64,000 nt of DNA, taken from assembly GCA_964187785.1 (NCBI GenBank), contig OZ076417.1:20522001-20586000 (forward strand). The letters are read 5' to 3'. The position numbers and the translations under genes were made by a program. Every line of letters begins with the position of its first letter. The first letter of the stretch is position 1. The stretch is from Amphiscolops sp. MND2022 (lineage: Eukaryota). The notes under the pieces are model-generated. The model made no database searches, was not told the DNA's origin, and was given only the letters and a program-made list of their open reading frames with translations. Shown piece after piece: positions 24,873 through 36,123 of the stretch.

Positions 24873-26349
24873 CAACAAAAACATGCCAGGAAACACGGTT
24901 CGATTGTCGAGAAAAACGCACAGTGAAGGTGAGGTGGTAAAATGGTCCCAAGTATAGGGGGTAAGACACAATTGTGAGCAACCGAACAAATTGTACCACG
25001 CATTTATTTATACACACCATTAACAATATTTCATAAGGAGAGGAAAATATATTGGCCTGGACAATTGCTGGAATGTTTAGTACAAAACTGCCGGGAATTG
25101 GGATGCCAACACATAGTTTGGAATTAGCTCAAGCATGGAAAAAACAGTCTGACATGCCAGAGATCCAAGATGTGTGAATCACTGGACGGTCAAAGCAAAA
25201 GATATCACACATTCTGCTCTTTTCTCTTTCCATTTTAATAATTTTTTTGAAACAAAATCGATTGAAACCATTTATTTAAGAGGCTAATATTTCAGTTGTA
25301 CATTTTCAGCCTGCAAAGAATCAGTTTCTGAGACAACAATTAGACACTACTCAGAGCGGTTATTCCACAATTACTTTGCAGTTTCAAATCAAACAAATGG
25401 AACATTGGCGAAACTTGGACAAGACTTGTGATAACTTCAGAGCCCGAGATCTTTGATTATCATTTAACATTCAATGTCTTGCAGTCATGAAATATGATTT
25501 ACAGTTGAGGCTCAATATTTTCAATAAATAATTAAATTAACTGGGACTTTCAATGGAAACATACGCAGTTCCATACAGTCGGACCTCACTATAACAAACC
25601 ATCGCTACAACAAATTCTCTCTTAATACAGCAATTTGATTTCTAAACCAATCAAAATCGAGTACACGAACAAGTAACGAAATAACGTAACCTCCTTTCGG
25701 CGTAATCAATGAGATACTCTAAGAAATCCGACTGTATTGAAACCCAATACACCAAGCAGCATCTTACAGATATCGCAAATGAGATACTCAGTAGAATTGC
25801 TGTGGGGAAAACAGAACCTGTTCAAACTTCAAAAAGGACAAAACTGATATATTGTCTCTTAAAATTGAAAGCCGTTGGCTCCAGGGGGGTCAAATAAAAA
25901 CGATGGAAAAACTTCAATCGATATAAGCCAAAAAGAATGCAGACAGAATAAGCTTGTAAAAGAAGTACAGAAATACAATTACTATGGATTCAGACATAGC
26001 AGCTCATCATCGTATGACTTTTTTTTCGATTTTAGATATATGACTACTATTCTGTATTTCATCATAATCTAAACCTCCTTTTGTGAAAACAAGAAATATT
26101 GTGAGCATTCAGCTTCCACAGGAGATTTTAAATAATCTGCAAATTCTGAAAGAAAATAAGGTATACTATATCCATGATGTTCAGAATTATTTTAGGAACC
26201 TTGAATTGAAATCAGTGGAAAAGTTAGTTTCTCATCAACCGCTAAATAGAAATGACCGGGAAATATTCTAAGTTAAATTTTTATCAACAGCTGAAAAAAA
26301 GGCAAAAAACATTCCAAGAGATGGCTCATTTACTTTTCCTGAAAAAAGA

Positions 26350-26770
26350 AACAAGACGAGAACGTCTAACGTCGGCTATATATCCAAGGCTCAAAAAACA
26401 AAAACATTTTTGAAAAATGTAAAAGGGACCTTTGGGATTTATTACCATACATTCCGTTCCGTTGCAAAATATCAAAAAACTCGAATGCGGGACCCTTCGC
26501 AGACACCAAAAAAGTTTCAAAAAAGTCGCACATTGCCGGAAAAAAATCGAAAGGTGGACCCTTTAGTCTCGTCCGGTTTTGAAGGTTACATGAATAAAGT
26601 AAAAAATTAAAGGGGGGACCCTTTGCACTAAGTGTGCACTGCCCCGATTTGGCCTTAATGGTTTCAGGAATTTCTCTGAAAAGTGTACCGATCAGTGTGA
26701 GGTCTGTGGTCTGGAAAAAAGGTCACTGTAAGAGTCGGGCATTTTTCTTTAAAAGGAAAAAGCGCCGACT
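26350..26770 (-). mobile_element. Helentron/DINE-1-like element, family 1
   Basis: AACAAGACG-AGAA-CGTCT hairpin, then GTCGGCT; ends GAGTCGGGCATTTTT...AAAAAGCGCCGACT followed by an A-run. Confidence 0.75.
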
Positions 26771-28672
26771 AAAAAAGGGCTTCACCAGTTGCACCAGTTG
26801 TCGCAAGCATAACATGAGTTTCTCTGTAATTTCCGACAGACTCTTGAATTATCAGTATTAGTTAGCTCAGCTATTGTATCATTTTGTAAAGAACTATCAC
26901 GCGACAGTTATATTATTTTTAGGCAGTAAGAAAATCTCTAAAGCTTAATCTGCGCAAAATTGAAAAAGCAGTGCCTTGTGTGCACGTGCTAACAAAAAAG
27001 ATTGAGTGAGAAAGTACAAGGTAGTGTTTGTGCGTAGTAATAAACCATATCTGAAATAACTAAACGTTACTTCGTGGATTCATTATATAGCGCACAATCA
27101 TTCACTATAAAAGTTAATGCCTTGGAATCTTCTATGACTGAAGAAAATTCCCATTCGTATTGCCTTTCGCATTCGTAACACACGGCGAAGAACACATGAA
27201 CCAAAAAAAACTGCGGACAACGTTAACAGTTAACAGAGAATGCGATGAATTCACGATACTATAATCAACATAACATCAGCACGGAATTCAACTGAGAACG
27301 TGTGGATGACTAACAAATTGATTCTTTAGCTCATCATAACGGGGCATGTTAAATTCTCGTGCATTTTCAGATCTTCAAATGTCGACATATAAACGTTTCT
27401 CTGTGATCATATGGAAAGTAGAAGATACAAGATCAACGGGAAGACGCCCCGGAAAGCCGCCAGATGATGGTCCAATTAACTCGTCGCCCTACTCGAACAG
27501 GTTCCAGTCAAACATCACTGGAAGACTATTTCTGAGAAATTCGCAGCGATTAGGCTGGGCATTGCTCCTTTGCCAACACCGACTGAAGAGCAAAAAACGC
27601 CAGGATGCCGCGTTGTTGCCAGGGCAACTTTTGTCATGGCCACAAAAGGTTTGTATAATTTTTCTAATGGAAAAACAAACTCAAAATAGCTTTTCGCTTT
27701 TTTTAAAGTCAAGAGCTTCATCAATTGAATGACCTTGACAAAGTGGGATGCGAGGAATCCCAATTCTCTCCGGGAACTGACGGTTGGAATTGCCTGGATT
27801 AACTTAGTAGGACAAACGACATTCTGATGAGATCGGCCACTGCTGTTACCGAGTGGATAGTGGATGTTCACCACCCAGCAAAGCTAAATCTAGTCGAGAA
27901 TTCACTGTTCCGTGCTTTTCATTACGACTTGGAGGATTAGTCTGACTCAATTCTATGTCTAAGTGGAGGAAAGACTTTTTGGTTGTTGGCACCCGCAAAT
28001 AACGTTCGCGTGACTGTGGAGAGGCTAACTATTCTCAAAATGGTTTCACATCAGATGTGCAGGGTTTGAGAGCTCTGTCCAAACGCGAGAATAGCGTCAA
28101 GTATGCAATCTTGAATACATGTCATTTGGTTGGGTGCAAGCAGTTGTCACTCTTTGTGAATCTGAACTCGTCTGTTCCATGTGGTATATGGAGTTGGTGA
28201 CACCCGAGGAGTGTAAGCTCGAAGTCTGGAGGACGGCACAACAGCACTGCGGGTCTGGAGTTGTGACGACTGGATTTTATATTTGATTTTATAGGGGAAA
28301 TAAACTCGATAAAATTGCTAATGATTTTGAGATAAAACAAAGACACATAAGAGCGTACTTGAAGGGGTATGTAACACAAGGGGTAACACAAATACACAAT
28401 GATCTAGGAGTGACGAGGTATCGATATTCGATGACGATGTCGAGCAACTTGACATGAAGCAAATTATTGCTTCTTTCAAACAATCAACAGTACTCGAGGT
28501 CTGATTTTCTGAATCTGAATATTTAAAATCACAGAACTCTAAATTATTCTCCAGGTACGGCCTTGATAGTTAGTGCAAGTGGTATATATGCGATTATTAC
28601 CATAGTTAGGCATAAATCAGCCTTTGGGACATTGTGGGACAGCCTACTTTGCTCCAATGAAGCAAGAAGTTT

Positions 28673-29880
28673 TTAATTTGAACAATCATTAACCTTGTCT
28701 GAAGACTGCCGAACAACTGCAGCTAGATTTGTAGTTTGCGGAATATCAAGAGGAAGCTCTCGTAAACTCACGACTAGCCCGATATAGTCTAACTTCGCTG
28801 TTTTGACATCGCACACTCGCACAATTTCCAGGGTACATATCCAAAATTCTGGCTTCTTTCCACTGAATTGGGTGCTCGTTATCGTCAGCAAGTAGACCCA
28901 AATCAACAACCTTGGTCTCGATACCAGTACCAAGCCCCTTCTCCGTTTTTGTATTGTTAAACAAAACAGAATTCAGGAATGCTCTGCTCATCTGCTGAAT
29001 CAACTTGTACTAGGACAAAAACACTTGATCTGAGGTACCATGTGGGAGGGATGACATACTGTCGCCTCAGAAAGTGTGGAGGAGTTAGTGCTGTTGTGGC
29101 GCTCGGATCACTGGAAATGAGGATGAGTTGAGAACTGCCTCGATTTTGCCCACGACTATTGAGAATTGCACATAAGTCTATAAGTCTATTGATACAAACC
29201 TACTACTCTTCTCATGCTTTTCAAGGCAGCTTCCCTTAATCCTCCAAAACGAGGCGCTCGTGGAAGTATTGTCAGCCATTCATATTCTGTGACAATGACA
29301 GTTGGCTTTGGATCCGGTTTTATCTTTATCAAAAAGAGCTCTGATTCTAAAACGATCGTTTCTGGCACCCACGAAGATACCATTGTCACTACCAATTTTA
29401 GCTTGTAATCCTCGTCGAGCAATGAAGCATACCAAACCGAGCATAAAATCAGTTTTGGATAGTCCTGACACTATCTCCTTGTGCACTGCGCCTTTGTGCT
29501 CATGCATATAAATATTGATATACTTTTGTTTCTTCGGGTTTGATACTGAATGATCCAACAAAATCGATTCGACCATGGGCGAATAGGGTATCACACGTTC
29601 CCTTGGGAGGACAGCCATGAATTGAAACGGAATCTTGGTATGGAAACGAAAAAACTTTATGCAATTTTTGACGTTTTTCACTAAAGGATGAGTAATTGTG
29701 ATCAAAAACATTTGAGTCAATAGTGCTCGCCCAAAACATAGCACGAGACAACAAAGACAACCCGCAGCACTCCTACCAAACCTGGCATGAAATGTTGGAA
29801 GAAACACTCGCGCAAGTGTCGGAACGGCATCAAATTCCATTCCTAATCTTCCTATACAACATCTCCCCGTTCTAGCTCCC
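28673..29880 (-). mobile_element. BEL/Pao retrotransposon integrase relic
   Basis: Decayed BEL/Pao motifs in the expected order: QFMAVLPRERV; AVHKEIVSGLSKTDFMLGLVCFIARRG...SDNG; PRAPRFGGLREAALKS; KIEAVLNS...ALTPPHFL; DDNEHPIQWKEARILDMYPG...VRVCDVKT. Confidence 0.88.
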
Positions 29881-32522
29881 CATCATTACTCAATGCGAAA
29901 ACGGCATAGATGAGCAACAAACGAAGCTGTACCAGGAGGCGATAGAAAGAGCAACAATAAGCGAAGTTTTAGCCTACCTAATGGCAGGGGGTCTAGCTTC
30001 CTTCTACAAAGGCCCAACTTATCTAGTCCAGAAGCCAGTCCTGAGGTAGCCCAATCCTTCCCTATTCAGCTTCCTAGCGTTTGCCAAGAACCAGAGAAGT
30101 TGGATACACATGATCATCAACACCCTTGGCCCAGCGTGGGCACTGAAATTACGTACCCAACTGGACACGAACATTGAAGCGATCCTGCTGACCTGGATAC
30201 ACTGCACCTGGTTGAACGTATCTGGCGTAATGCACACCCTCGATGAGACGCCAATAGTGCAACGCAGTGCTGACGACCTACCAAATTTCCTATTCCCGTC
30301 ACAGGTAGCCAGCTTGATGCTAGTGGAGACCGAGGGCATGAACCCGGTGATCGCTCCCATCGTGTGGCCGGTATTCGGTCCCAATATGGCATTGCGCTAC
30401 CCCACACAACCCCTCACAAACAATTCTGCTCTCTTTGATATTTACGAATTACGTGCTATTTTCTCGAGCTGGTGATTACCTACCTTGGAAAACCAACAAC
30501 TTTTGGTCGGCCCATATTTTGAAAACTAGTAGAAAAGACGTTTCACATTCAGACTCATATCATTCGGCAGTTACTTATCAGAAGCCGTGCCCTCAACAGG
30601 ACAGCAGCCATTTTTGAACTTGATTCTAGCCACAGATGAGTCGGCTCATCAAACTCAGTGCTCAACAATTATGACAGTTATTGCCCGGCTCAATTACTTT
30701 CAAGACAAAAACCGTTGAAGAAATGTTCCCAAGAGATGCATTTTTTATTGTTAAACAAATCAGAGTTCCGGAATGCTCTGTTCATCTGCTGAATCAACTT
30801 GTACTAGGAAAAAAACTTGATCTGAGGTTCCATGTGGGAGGGATAACATACTGTCTCTTCAGAAAGTGTGGAGGAGTTAGCGCTGTTGTGGCGCTCGGAT
30901 CACTAGAAATGAGGATGAGTTGAGAACTGTTTCGATTTTGCTCACGACTGTTGAGAATTCCTCATAAGTCTATTGATACAAACCTACTACTCTTCTCACG
31001 CTTTTTATGACAGCTTCCCTTAATCCTCCAAAACGAGGCGCTCGTGGAGGTATTGTCAGCCATTCATATTCTGTGGCAATAACAGTTGGCTTTGGATCCG
31101 ATTTTATCTTTATCAAAAAGAGCTGTGATTCTAAAACGATCGTTTCTGGAACCCACGAAGATACCATTGTCACTACCAATTTTAGCTAGTAATCCTCGCC
31201 GAGCAATGAAGCATTCCAAACCGAGCATAAAATCAGTTTTGGATAGTCCTGACACTATCTCCTTGTGCACTGCGCCTTTGTGCTCATGCATATAAATATT
31301 GATATACTTTTGTTTCTTCGGGTTTGATACTGAATGATCCAACAAAATCGATTCGACCATGGGCGAATAGGGCATCACACGTTCCCTTGGGAGGACAGCC
31401 ATGAATTGAAACGGAATCTTGGTATGGAAACGAAAACACTTTATGCAATTTTTGACGTTTTTCACTAAAGGATGAGTATTTGTGATCGAAAACAGTTGAG
31501 TCAATAGTGCTCGCCCAAAACATAGCACGAGACAGCAAAGACACAACGCAGCACTCCTACCAATGTTGGCAAGAACTGTTGGAAGAAACACTCGCGCAAG
31601 TGGCGGAACGGAATCAAACTCCATTCCCAATATTCCCATACAACATCTCCCCGTTCTAGCTCCCCACCATTACTGAATGCGAAAACGGCCTCGATGAGCA
31701 ACATACGAAGCTGTACCAGGAGGCGATGGAAAGAGCAACAATAAGCGAAGTTTAAGCCTACCTAATGACAGCGTGTCTAGCTTCCTTTTACAAAGGCCTA
31801 ACTAATCTTCTCCAGAAGTTAGCCCTGAGGTAGCCCAATCCTTGCCTGGTCAGCCTCCTAGCGTTTCCTACGAACCAGAGAAGTTGGATACACATGATCA
31901 TCAACACCCTTGGCCCAGCGGGGGCACTGAAATTACGTGCCCAACTGGACACGAACATTGAAGCGATCCTGCTGACCTGGAAATACTGCGCCTGGTTGAA
32001 CGTATCTGGCGTAATGCACAACCTCGATGAGACGCCAATAGTGCAACGCAGTGCTGCCGACCTACCAAGTTTCCTATTCCCGTCACAGGTAGCCAGCTTG
32101 ATGTTAGTGGAGACCGAGGACATGAACCCGGTGATCGCTCCCATCGTGTGGCCGGTATTCGGTCCCAATATGGCATTGCGCTACCCCACACAACCCCCTC
32201 ACGAACAACTCTGCTCTCTGATATTTACAAATTACGTGCTATTCCCTCGAGCTGGTAATTACCTAGCTGGGAAAACAAACACCTTTTGGTCGGCCCATAT
32301 TTTGAAAACTAGTAGGAAAGACGTTTCACATTCAGACTCATATCATTCGGCAGTTACTTATCAGAAACCATGCCCTCAACAGGACAACAGCCATTTTTGA
32401 ACTTGATTCTAGCCACAGATAACTGGGCTCATCAAACTCAGTGCTCAACAATTATGACAGTTATTGCCCGGCTCAATTACTTTCTAGACAAAAACCGCTG
32501 AGGAAATGTTCCCAAGAGATGC
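28955..32522. repeat. Tandem duplication of a ~1.79-kb unit (A ~28955-30742, B ~30752-32522)
   Basis: The units align along their length, roughly 90% identical by eye, and paired ORFs appear in the ORF track (29280-29840 vs 31064-31639; 30110-30475 vs 31894-32400). Confidence 0.93.
30760..31680 (-). mobile_element. BEL/Pao integrase relic, duplicated copy
   Basis: Same motifs as 28955-29880 (NCIKCFRF, FIARRGL, PPRAPRFGGLREAVIKS). Confidence 0.85.
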
Positions 32523-32611
32523 AAAACAAACAAATGACAGCGGCGGCGATTTAACAGCGGCCGCGAACAGAAATATTACTGCAATACGAGATGCACAAGT
32601 GAAGTATTCCG

Positions 32612-33460
32612 TTAAATATCGCCTTCTGGTTGATATTTGTAGACACGAGATGTCTTAGCATCGATGTGTATTTGATGCGGTTTCCGTATTGTCCTGATTA
32701 GTGACAAATAGGGGTAAGGTTTAGTAGCACAAAGGCTGCCATAGCAGATTGTATTAGGAGTGTCTCTGAGTTCTAATGCCGGAATATCGAAGTGAAGTTT
32801 GGAGATGTATTTTCTGCAGAATTCGATACCCAAAGAATTGCGGTTTTGGTTTTTGTTAACCAGAGTTGTAGTTGAAAACAGTGTTGTCCGTCCGAATCAA
32901 AACTAAAGTTTAGTGTTGTATGACCCAACATCGGTATTTCTTCTCCAGTGGACATTCTTGTTTTTTGTTTACTTCTCACTACTGTAATTGGTTGAAGAAA
33001 CTGAGAAATCTCACAAAAAGTGCGATAGTTGATGATAGAGCAAGCGGCTCCAGTATAGACCATGAATTCGATTTCAAGTCCACTATCTTTTTTAGTCTCC
33101 GGTGGGGAAATAGAAAACATTCATATGAAAACGTGATTTGAAGTTACTTTCTTCATCTGGTCGCGGAGACCTTAGTAGTTTAAAGCAAAGAAATTGGAGA
33201 TTGAGCTTATCATCTCTTGAGAGTCGTCATCAATGAATTGCACATTGTTAGAGAGAGTATTAGAATTGTTCTGAGGGAAATTTCGGGTATACTGAGTAAT
33301 GGAGTTGTTATTCCGCCTTGCGGGAAAGTTGTAATTATTTTCTCCAGTTCAATGATTCTGTCCTTGATTAGAGTTACTTTGGTTGCTATGATTCTGATGG
33401 TTGAAATTTTGGTTTCTATTATACGACTGAATATAGTTGTTACCAACCCTTGGTGAAGAA
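32612..33460 (-). mobile_element. Ty3/gypsy relic: Asn-rich gag tail plus aspartic protease
   Basis: IEFMVYTGAACSII (DTGA with D changed to Y), continuing after a frameshift to the (L)GxEFC motif. The upstream low-complexity N-rich segment is gag-like. Confidence 0.7.
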
Positions 33461-33614
33461 TTGGAGAAATATCAAGGTTAGATGTAGTGTTGAGCGTTTC
33501 AAATGGTGAGGTGTCGTTATCTTTAATTTCAGCAGCCTATCAGCTCGCAAAGTTTGTCAAAATCTCTGAAACAAATATGGAAACTTCAATCAGTACCTCT
33601 TCTTCAGGTTAAAA

Positions 33615-34107
33615 GTATGGTCTCATGAGTCACCCAAAACAATTGCAGAAGCAGGAGCCAGATTTAACCATCACAAAGAGAAAGATTTGGAGAAATTGTT
33701 CAAAGATGCCCTTACTTTCAGAATCCACACGCTTGTTATTTATGATGCAATCAAAAATTGCCTTACCTTGCCGCCACATGCACCCCCAAGTTCTTCAACA
33801 CTTACGCCTCATCTTGTTCTACGAAAGCTGTTAAAACTGCAGAGACATTGTCCCGGTCGATTCGTTGTTGTTTTATACCGCAGAAAAAACGATGCTTTCA
33901 AATTACCGGAGAATACAAATTGAAAAAAGGACCCTGAGGATTTTTTCAAGCAATTTGGACAAAGAAATTAATGATTTACTCAAACAGAATTTTGAATATT
34001 TCGATCTCAATTTGTCAAACTCCTCCTTCGACCCATTTGATCCTGCTCATCAGACCGTGGACTCCCTTAAAATGTGCATCGGCAAAATTGTCAAACTTTA
34101 CGGCTAA
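33615..34107 (+). pseudogene. Decayed ORF, possibly an SGNH/GDSL esterase-like domain
   Basis: Two frameshifted pieces: ...GARFNHH...TLVIYDAIKNCLT...RFVVVLYRR and ...FEYFDLNLS...FDPAHQT. Spacing recalls SGNH blocks; weak. Confidence 0.3.
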
Positions 34108-35060
34108 AATGCCCTTCTTACATGTCAACCACAATTTTATTCATTTTTGTATTTATTGTCGGTTTTTGTTTTTCTGTCAGTTAAAGGCCGTCAGTGGCTT
34201 AAACTGACCCCCCGTCCTCTTTGTCAGTTTTTTGTTTCTTAATTCTTGTTAGAACAGTTCTTTTCAGGCTGTGGAAGCACGGAGATCGACAAGAGGACAT
34301 TTGGCCTGGAAACAGGATTGTCTGTCACTTGATGCTCGGAATGTTCTGCTTGCCATTACTTCGTGTACTTCTTGCGCTCATTTCGTCTTCTTCTGCAGCT
34401 GTCTCACAATTTGCGCGCCATTGTGGTTGAAACAAAAAATACATACTCCAAAAACACTACAAAAGTTCCCCTAAGAACCCAAAAAAAACATAAAACGCAA
34501 AACACCAAAAAAACTGAACCTTTCATTTGAACAAAAAGAACTGAATGGCTGAAGACCTATTATGCACAAAAAATTTCATGGTCAAAAATAGATGTTTTTC
34601 CAAAATGTTTTGAAATTCTTATTCAATGCTTGGTTTCAACTGAATTTTATTTCTGAGATGCAACTTCCAATAATATTTGTTTTTGTTATTTTTGCCACTG
34701 TCAAAATTCGGTCCAGTATAATCCAAAATCCGATCAGATTCAGTTTGGAATTTCTTGTTCATTCGTTTCCTTTTGTTTGGCTGGTGAGACCTTGATGTAA
34801 ATACTGTTTGCCAGCACGTAGTTTGAAACTGTACAGTTCGGCAGAAGATAGTTAGATTTTAATATTCATTTCCTTCAGTGGTAAAATAGCTTATTAAATG
34901 GTTAATCTTGAATCCAGTAGTAAATTAGCCGTAATTAACTCTTCTATTCAATTACGTGTTTGCATATAGTGGACATGTCTGTCGTCACATCAGTAGCCTT
35001 AAAAATTTTGAACGTTATATCGCAGATTAGATAGTCAACGGTAGAGATTACAGATCAAAC

Positions 35061-36123
35061 ATGCCTGTTTTCTTCAAAGCAAACCTTTCAATTGCGCAAG
35101 CCCAAGATATGCTAGCAAACTTTACACTGATTACGTTGGAAGCCATGCTTCATCCCGATACTGCGACCCCGAGACTGAACATTCTGACTGCGGTAATTCT
35201 CTATAATACCCAGCCAACAAAAGACAAAAGTGGAATTACACCAAGATGACGACGAACTACAGCAAAGAGCGAAAGACGAATTTGGAGAAGTACCACAGGT
35301 TCTTATTATTAGGCGTGCCTGGAACGTCCACCGTAATTGCCTTGTTCAGCGCCAACCATGAGATATCAAGGACCCTATTTCAAGAATTTGAGAACCTGAA
35401 GCCCGGATCGGTGGTAACGATCATCAAGCCGAACGTCGAAGGACAACTTGCGAGAGGAGGAATCCCGCTGATTTCAACGAGGGAGCCACTCATTCCAACC
35501 CAATCACACTGACCCCTTACGACGTTGAAGTGTCTTCATTGAAAGTTCGTTTTTCTCTCGTTTGTGACCTAGCAACTCAAGGTCGACTCTGCCGTCATCG
35601 CAGACAACGTCTGTGCTGACAAACTGTGCGACGGTTACACTTACCACGGTTGTCTTGAGTCGAACGCTAGGAAAAATTGTTAGGTTCACATGTCCCGAGT
35701 TAAATGAAAACGTTCACAACGGCGACTTTTTATCCATCAACTCGTCTCATTCTACTGTTTTTTGTAAGTCAAGTGGTTAGGAAATTTAAGGCTGAATCGG
35801 ACCGCATTGATCGGTTTTAACTGGATACACGTGTTCAAGATTTGGTTAAGGAAAGATATAGAGGGGAGGGATTTAGGATTACAGGTTGGTTCAAACCCGC
35901 TGTGGACGACGAAGGAACAGCCGTGGAGCACAAGAACTTCCACATCGCGAGACAGGAACCGGAGATGACAGACCAACAGAGAGCGAAGAGGTACAGAGAA
36001 GCAGATACAACAAACCCCAGACGAGTGCAACAACAGCAACCCCCCAGACGACTGGAACAAACGACAAATGGTGAGGAACGGACCAAGTGGATGTTGCCGT
36101 GGTCAGTGGTTTGGGAGACCTGA
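35061..36123 (+). pseudogene. Decayed coding relic of unknown family
   Basis: Consecutive frameshifted protein-like segments: RFLLLGVPGTSTVIALFSAN...LKPGSVVTIIKPNVEG; NVCADKLCDG...GC; GFRITGWFKPAVDDEG...KNFHIAR. Confidence 0.45.

Noticed and set aside
28170-28490. Possible LTR on the minus strand (TGTTG...TATAAAA...CCACA followed by TGGAACAG)
   Set aside because: No second copy, no PPT, and TGGAACAG does not match a tRNA end I recognise.
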